DNA of 57,601 nucleotides from a virus (Duplodnaviria; Heunggongvirae; Uroviricota; Caudoviricetes): IMG/VR virus record IMGVR_UViG_3300021255_002251; one strand, 5' to 3'. Shown piece by piece: positions 54,501 to 57,601 of this stretch (position 1 is its first letter; each line of letters starts with the position of its first letter). The notes under the pieces were generated by a model. It saw only the letters and a program-made list of their open reading frames with translations, ran no database searches and was not told where the DNA came from. The position numbers and the translations under genes were made by a program.

Positions 54501-55804
54501 AACGTGAACTTGTTCTTTGAATTCTTGTCCTTCGTAACCTGCACCACGCAGCCCGGTCCGACAGTGGCCTTGATAGCCGTCTTGATGTCCGCCTCAAGTA
54601 GTTTAGGGCCGTGGAAACGGCAGAAGAGCGGATTCTTCGCTCGGCACTGCGCAAAGGTTGTCTGGCAGTTAGCCCTAGTCGGTGCTTTCTTTGGGCCGGC
54701 ATCCATCGCTATCTTTGAATAGTCTATGTCGGCTACTTCGTCATAGCAAATGAAAGATGACCCGTCGATGAATGTTGCATAGTCCAGCACTTCCTTCTCT
54801 GGAGCTTCGTCCTGTGCTAGCTTGTCGTCTTTCTTTGTGGTAGGAATTGCTGACGCGGCTTCCTCCTTCACATCTTCCTCAATCTCTTCCTTCTGCTCCT
54901 TATCCGCATCCTTTGCGGCTGCCTCCTCCTGCTGTGGCGTAGGCTCGTCGGGAGAAGCCGCAGACTCCTTCGCTTCGGGAGTCCCCAAATCGGAAAGAGC
55001 CGCCTCCTCTTCTTGATTGGCGGCTTGATTCTTCATTGCCCCACTCGCTTTTTTCAACTCCGCCACGGCATCTGGCATTTTACCAATGCTAGTTGGCCGA
55101 TAGTTGTTGGACACATACTTGTCGGGGTCTACCGTGAATGTTGCGGAGACATATACTAGCCCATTGGCATCGGGAGTATCCTCCTCTCCTCCTAGCGAAG
55201 GTGGAATCTTTGGGGCTTTTAGGGGAATGTGAGAAGCCTCCTCCTCATTGTACTTGGAAAGGTCGGGTTCTGGATCTTTCCCGATTGGGGGCTTAGCCTC
55301 TATCTCCTCCGCTCCGTCCATCGTGATGGCATCTAGGGCTTCGGCAAGGGAATCCTTCACCTGCACCGCCTTGTCCTGCTGGATTGTAGGTTCTAGCCCT
55401 TCTCCTACCTTGTTGGATTCTACGGGCTGTATAAGACCTTGCGGAGTAGATGTCGTACCCTCCACATCTCCCTTCGTCTCGTCGCGGAAATCGTCGGTAG
55501 GGTTGGTAAGATGCGAATCGAGATTGTCGTTCTTGTCCCTAGTCATTATGGTCTTCTCCAAATCGGTATCGGCGGAAAGGGCTTCGTCAAGAGCGTAAGA
55601 AAGAGAACCCTTCGCCGTGAAGGGGTCTTGCGTTGCGGTTTCGGGAGTTACTGGGACGTGTCCGTGCTCTTCAATGTCCGCGCCCACCTCGTCCATCGTC
55701 ATCTTAGGCTCTGCGGCTATGGTAGCGAGATAGGCTTCGTCTTCTACGGAAAAGTCCTTGCTAGTAGGCATAATTGTTGCTCCTTTATGTGCAAACAATG
55801 CCAT
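51515..55804 (-). CDS. 1429-aa acidic protein, probable head-packaged/ejected protein
   Basis: shares TFAxCxAKxPLxCRxHGPK domain with 47308..51462; repeated (A/T)(M/Q)D motifs; C-terminal coiled coil. Confidence 0.7.
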   Translation of the reverse strand: MALFAHKGATIMPTSKDFSVEDEAYLATIAAEPKMTMDEVGADIEEHGHVPVTPETATQDPFTAKGSLSYALDEALSADTDLEKTIMTRDKNDNLDSHLTNPTDDFRDETKGDVEGTTSTPQGLIQPVESNKVGEGLEPTIQQDKAVQVKDSLAEALDAITMDGAEEIEAKPPIGKDPEPDLSKYNEEEASHIPLKAPKIPPSLGGEEDTPDANGLVYVSATFTVDPDKYVSNNYRPTSIGKMPDAVAELKKASGAMKNQAANQEEEAALSDLGTPEAKESAASPDEPTPQQEEAAAKDADKEQKEEIEEDVKEEAASAIPTTKKDDKLAQDEAPEKEVLDYATFIDGSSFICYDEVADIDYSKIAMDAGPKKAPTRANCQTTFAQCRAKNPLFCRFHGPKLLEADIKTAIKATVGPGCVVQVTKDKNSKNKFTFRLTVGCPPSKKKMVEKMVHMYLTQNPGITSSTEDWNLVGKHKQTQEFEMDILQADKPPKKDTKADQMLSNTKKAIKEHKKQDVVGETAPGLEKKAEKGEKWQTVDEDIETEWADLVDKTVHKSLLGNNEEFLANFNKIANQFDTAHDAGDANGLKQALEALKDEIGKYDENGEKKPEAVATPEEQQEKAEEPIGQEGSDSQTFEYFDDDENVVSKKLSDMNSSEMSLAKNKMLFDAKENGLIEDEEDQEKYNQYHDSTDKPDAQTLSEMKEWINGMKNKKGKTGVGDTTGFPDSNSATSLKDGSSKKKEQNEVSGLTDEDVNPWYWKAQKQWIPLMDKAMKEKWGTKEWDEKIAPISHKYGVAYKAEDTEEVFNAIEELKNVLEGKQSSANKSEEMAGAGKGSIGEKEKSLAVNARADYEGYEEDDKEKLLQHLNKVLSGEGFPEDVDEIPEGEPYSRRVCSAQWLDAVDSIKDKVPSLVKSLTAIKDSPKKDEKDNGGETTVLPAPSAVSKNEETSGDSNAKKSGALDKVKKALAGTGYENGDFGYDDFGDTQEVYIATSDDGEGTLEAVIGKDGNLTFGVHDNNGFSGNSEDPSHAISDFEKNYGGKPPAQSNGGNAISSLQNELSGLMDKMHSIGAITDADVFAMQHMCNYHMEELNAAKSSLDEIEAKIKSTSDEYSTSDPFAVAMSMSVLKDAKKKAQEAVDGNIAQMKGSIKQFTESLQSYEKATMETAKKGAADSVEQTVKNLGAYVFGGKRPPQGVDSVVDYLDYLKDELESGAEENITPDEMAEIEGQYFLEDAYKATKAASKAMDDAIEAFKDKMDEVPSQGEDYGTYQADIEQMQKAVASQAVEVMAAFGAYKQAIEKCNDEADAAKKLAESKKNLEGGGTSGGEGKKPVEPFDFDAWQNGQKGQGNQGGEEPKQSAQPLQQAKQKSTLTDDEKKAKIAAMSPKQKLEAAIKIFKKKLASNPKDETAKAKLSKYEAMLAKLGK

Positions 55805-55817
55805 AGAGACACTATGC

Positions 55818-56285
55818 CTAGGTTAATAGAGGGAATTGGATTCCACATGTTTCCATTATATCAATTAGATGGGCAATGCGAGGGTCGTCCTCTGTCCATC
55901 CAGAGTCCGCAAATCGTCCCTTGATGCGAAGGAGAATGTGTCCAGCATCGTCGTACTTGTAGCCCGTGATTTCTTCTAGTGACTGAATGCCGAGCGAGCC
56001 GAGGTGCTTTAGGGTTTCCGTGACTTCTGGGGTAGGGTCGCCGTTGTCCTCTGGAGGAGGGGGGCAGGATGAATCGGAATTGTTGCGGGCTAGTTCGGAG
56101 AGAGGAGATGGCAGCCCCTTAATTGCTCCCCGAAGGTAGTCTACTAACGTCACAAGAATAGCAAAGTTGTTCTGCTTGTGAAACCTAACTTCCGTACTGT
56201 CCAATTGGTCATATAAGACATGAAAGGCATTGGAACGATTGTCCTCAAATGCCTTTCCTAACAGTTCTAGTTCTTCGTTTGTCAT
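55818..56285 (-). CDS. hypothetical protein
   Basis: start MTNEEL lies 9 nt after the -10 box. Confidence 0.65.
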   Translation of the reverse strand: MTNEELELLGKAFEDNRSNAFHVLYDQLDSTEVRFHKQNNFAILVTLVDYLRGAIKGLPSPLSELARNNSDSSCPPPPEDNGDPTPEVTETLKHLGSLGIQSLEEITGYKYDDAGHILLRIKGRFADSGWTEDDPRIAHLIDIMETCGIQFPLLT

Positions 56286-56294
56286 AGCGCCGAT

Positions 56295-56324
56295 AGTATA
56301 GCATAGGAGGGGAGAGGCTTTCAA
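56295..56324 (-). promoter_or_regulatory. sigma70-like promoter
   Basis: TTGAAA-18-TATACT. Confidence 0.7.
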
Positions 56325-56433
56325 GGGGGTATAGAAAGACGGCCTCCGTATGAATCTTCTCACCTCTATGCACAGTAATTAAGTATACGGAAGCCGCCGA
56401 ATGCACCACTCAGAGCATCTGTCTTATGCCAAT

Positions 56434-56480
56434 GAAAAAAAAGGCGGACATGGGATTAAGCACATAACCCACATCCGCCT
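56434..56480 (-). terminator. intrinsic terminator
   Basis: GGCGGA/TCCGCC stem followed by T8. Confidence 0.65.
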
Positions 56481-56501
56481 CCGCCGTACCACTCGGCACG
56501 A

Positions 56502-56798
56502 CTAGGACTTAGACTCTTGGACAGAATTTTTAGAAAGATCTTCGTCATAAACATCGTCAACATAGACCGTGACAATGGTGTAGCGGTTAGAACTACCCCT
56601 CTTGAGGCGGCACATCATCGAGCCTTTGGGATAGGCGGAGTGGGTGAACCAGTCTGGGGTGTTTGTTCTGCGGCGAACAAGATCAGCGGCTTTCCCTTGT
56701 GTGGAGAAGAGGTATCGGCGGGTGCAAGGGGAGGTCATGTTCTCACCCTTCCAGTCGGGGATTCCGTAGAAGATTACAAGGTAGAGAGGGTCTTTCAT
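56502..56798 (-). CDS. hypothetical protein
   Basis: RBS, followed by terminator. Confidence 0.6.
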   Translation of the reverse strand: MKDPLYLVIFYGIPDWKGENMTSPCTRRYLFSTQGKAADLVRRRTNTPDWFTHSAYPKGSMMCRLKRGSSNRYTIVTVYVDDVYDEDLSKNSVQESKS

Positions 56799-56809
56799 GT
56801 AGATACTCC

Positions 56810-57022
56810 TTACTTGGTAGGGTCGGGTGGAAGCCAGAAGAGAATGTTGTCAAGGCATCTTTCGTAGCCCTTGAGGAACATGAGTTCGTCTTGCTTGATT
56901 CCCTTTCGGTTCATTTCCTGCTTGGTGGAAGCGAGCCGTTCTGCTAGCTTCCTACGGAGCTTCGCAATCTCGATGAAAATGACAGGTGGAATAGGTTGTT
57001 TCCTTTCTTTGTGATTAGCCAA
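56810..57022 (-). CDS. hypothetical protein
   Basis: co-oriented ORF. Confidence 0.6.
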   Translation of the reverse strand: MANHKERKQPIPPVIFIEIAKLRRKLAERLASTKQEMNRKGIKQDELMFLKGYERCLDNILFWLPPDPTK

Positions 57023-57398
57023 TCTTACGGAAGTAGCGGACTACATCCACCTTGATGGGGAGAATCGGACGGGTGAGGTAGGTCGTGGCCGCTTTAGCAA
57101 GAGCCGCCTTGCGGACGCCATCCACATAGGACTTGGCGATGTCCTTCGTCCCGAAGATGCGGAGGTGCGGAATTACATCGTTATAGTAATCGTCCTGCCG
57201 TTCGACGTCAACCACATCCACGTTGCACCCGTTGAACATGGGGAAGTGAACCATGCCCATGCGGTCTACCACGCGAATAACCCAGCCCTTGCGGATCATC
57301 GGCTTTACTGTCGGTACTTTAATCTTCTTCTTCATCGTTTTGTCCTTGTCCTTGTTGTTGATGGGCTTGATTGCCCTTGACGCCGAGTAGTATACCAC
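57015..57398 (-). CDS. hypothetical protein (start probably MKKKIK)
   Basis: follows promoter at 57389-57417. Confidence 0.6.
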   Translation of the reverse strand: MVYYSASRAIKPINNKDKDKTMKKKIKVPTVKPMIRKGWVIRVVDRMGMVHFPMFNGCNVDVVDVERQDDYYNDVIPHLRIFGTKDIAKSYVDGVRKAALAKAATTYLTRPILPIKVDVVRYFRKIG

Positions 57399-57417
57399 AA
57401 TGACGGACGGGTTGCAA
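57389..57417 (-). promoter_or_regulatory. sigma70-like promoter
   Basis: TTGCAA-17-TATACT. Confidence 0.7.
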
Positions 57418-57601
57418 GAGGGTAATCAAACTTTTTCTAAAAAAAGATTCGTCACTCCTTAATAGCCTGCTTGTTGAACCAATATAGGGTGAGCGCATGG
57501 TCTCCGTTGAACACCCTTAGAAATTCGTCATAGGTAATGTGCCGTGGGACATAGGGTGGAGGGATTTCGTCCTGCCTGACTGGCGCTGTCATGGGCTTCG
57601 T

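Noticed and set aside
52800-55400. Low-complexity Glu/Asp/Lys repeats in the 1429-aa gene as a DNA repeat element
   Set aside because: Explained by acidic, disordered protein composition; no exact DNA periodicity seen.
1-57601. CRISPR array, integrase/att site, IS element
   Set aside because: No regularly spaced repeats, recombinase or transposase recognised in this window.
1-57601. Stop-codon reassignment
   Set aside because: Known genes are intact under code 11 using TAA/TAG/TGA stops, and there is no suppressor tRNA in the array.

Overview
This is a 57.6 kb segment of a large tailed dsDNA phage or prophage genome, probably infecting a Gram-negative anaerobe (inferred from the LpxR-, KpsC- and lipoprotein-like genes). 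Almost all CDSs lie on the minus strand. They are driven by about 12 copies of one sigma70-like promoter motif. Recognisable cargo includes a circularly permuted C5-DNA methyltransferase, two N4/N6 MTases, an RlmN-like radical SAM enzyme, RtcB, a Thg1-like protein, IF-1, ClpX, a MuF head protein, an intein-containing terminase, a GT25-KpsC fusion, LpxR, ADP-ribosylglycohydrolase, a metallophosphoesterase and two giant, probably virion-packaged proteins, one with kinase-like and ART-like domains. The one clearly supported plus-strand unit (about 25.59-29.04 kb) is a non-coding RNA operon with 26 tRNAs and several structured non-tRNA elements. The most striking is a stand-alone mimic of the 23S rRNA GTPase-associated centre (uL11/thiostrepton site, H43-H44) at 27022-27233. 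It keeps the fold through compensatory base changes and carries a 144-nt structured insertion. All calls come from manual motif reading; no database searches or folding programs were run.
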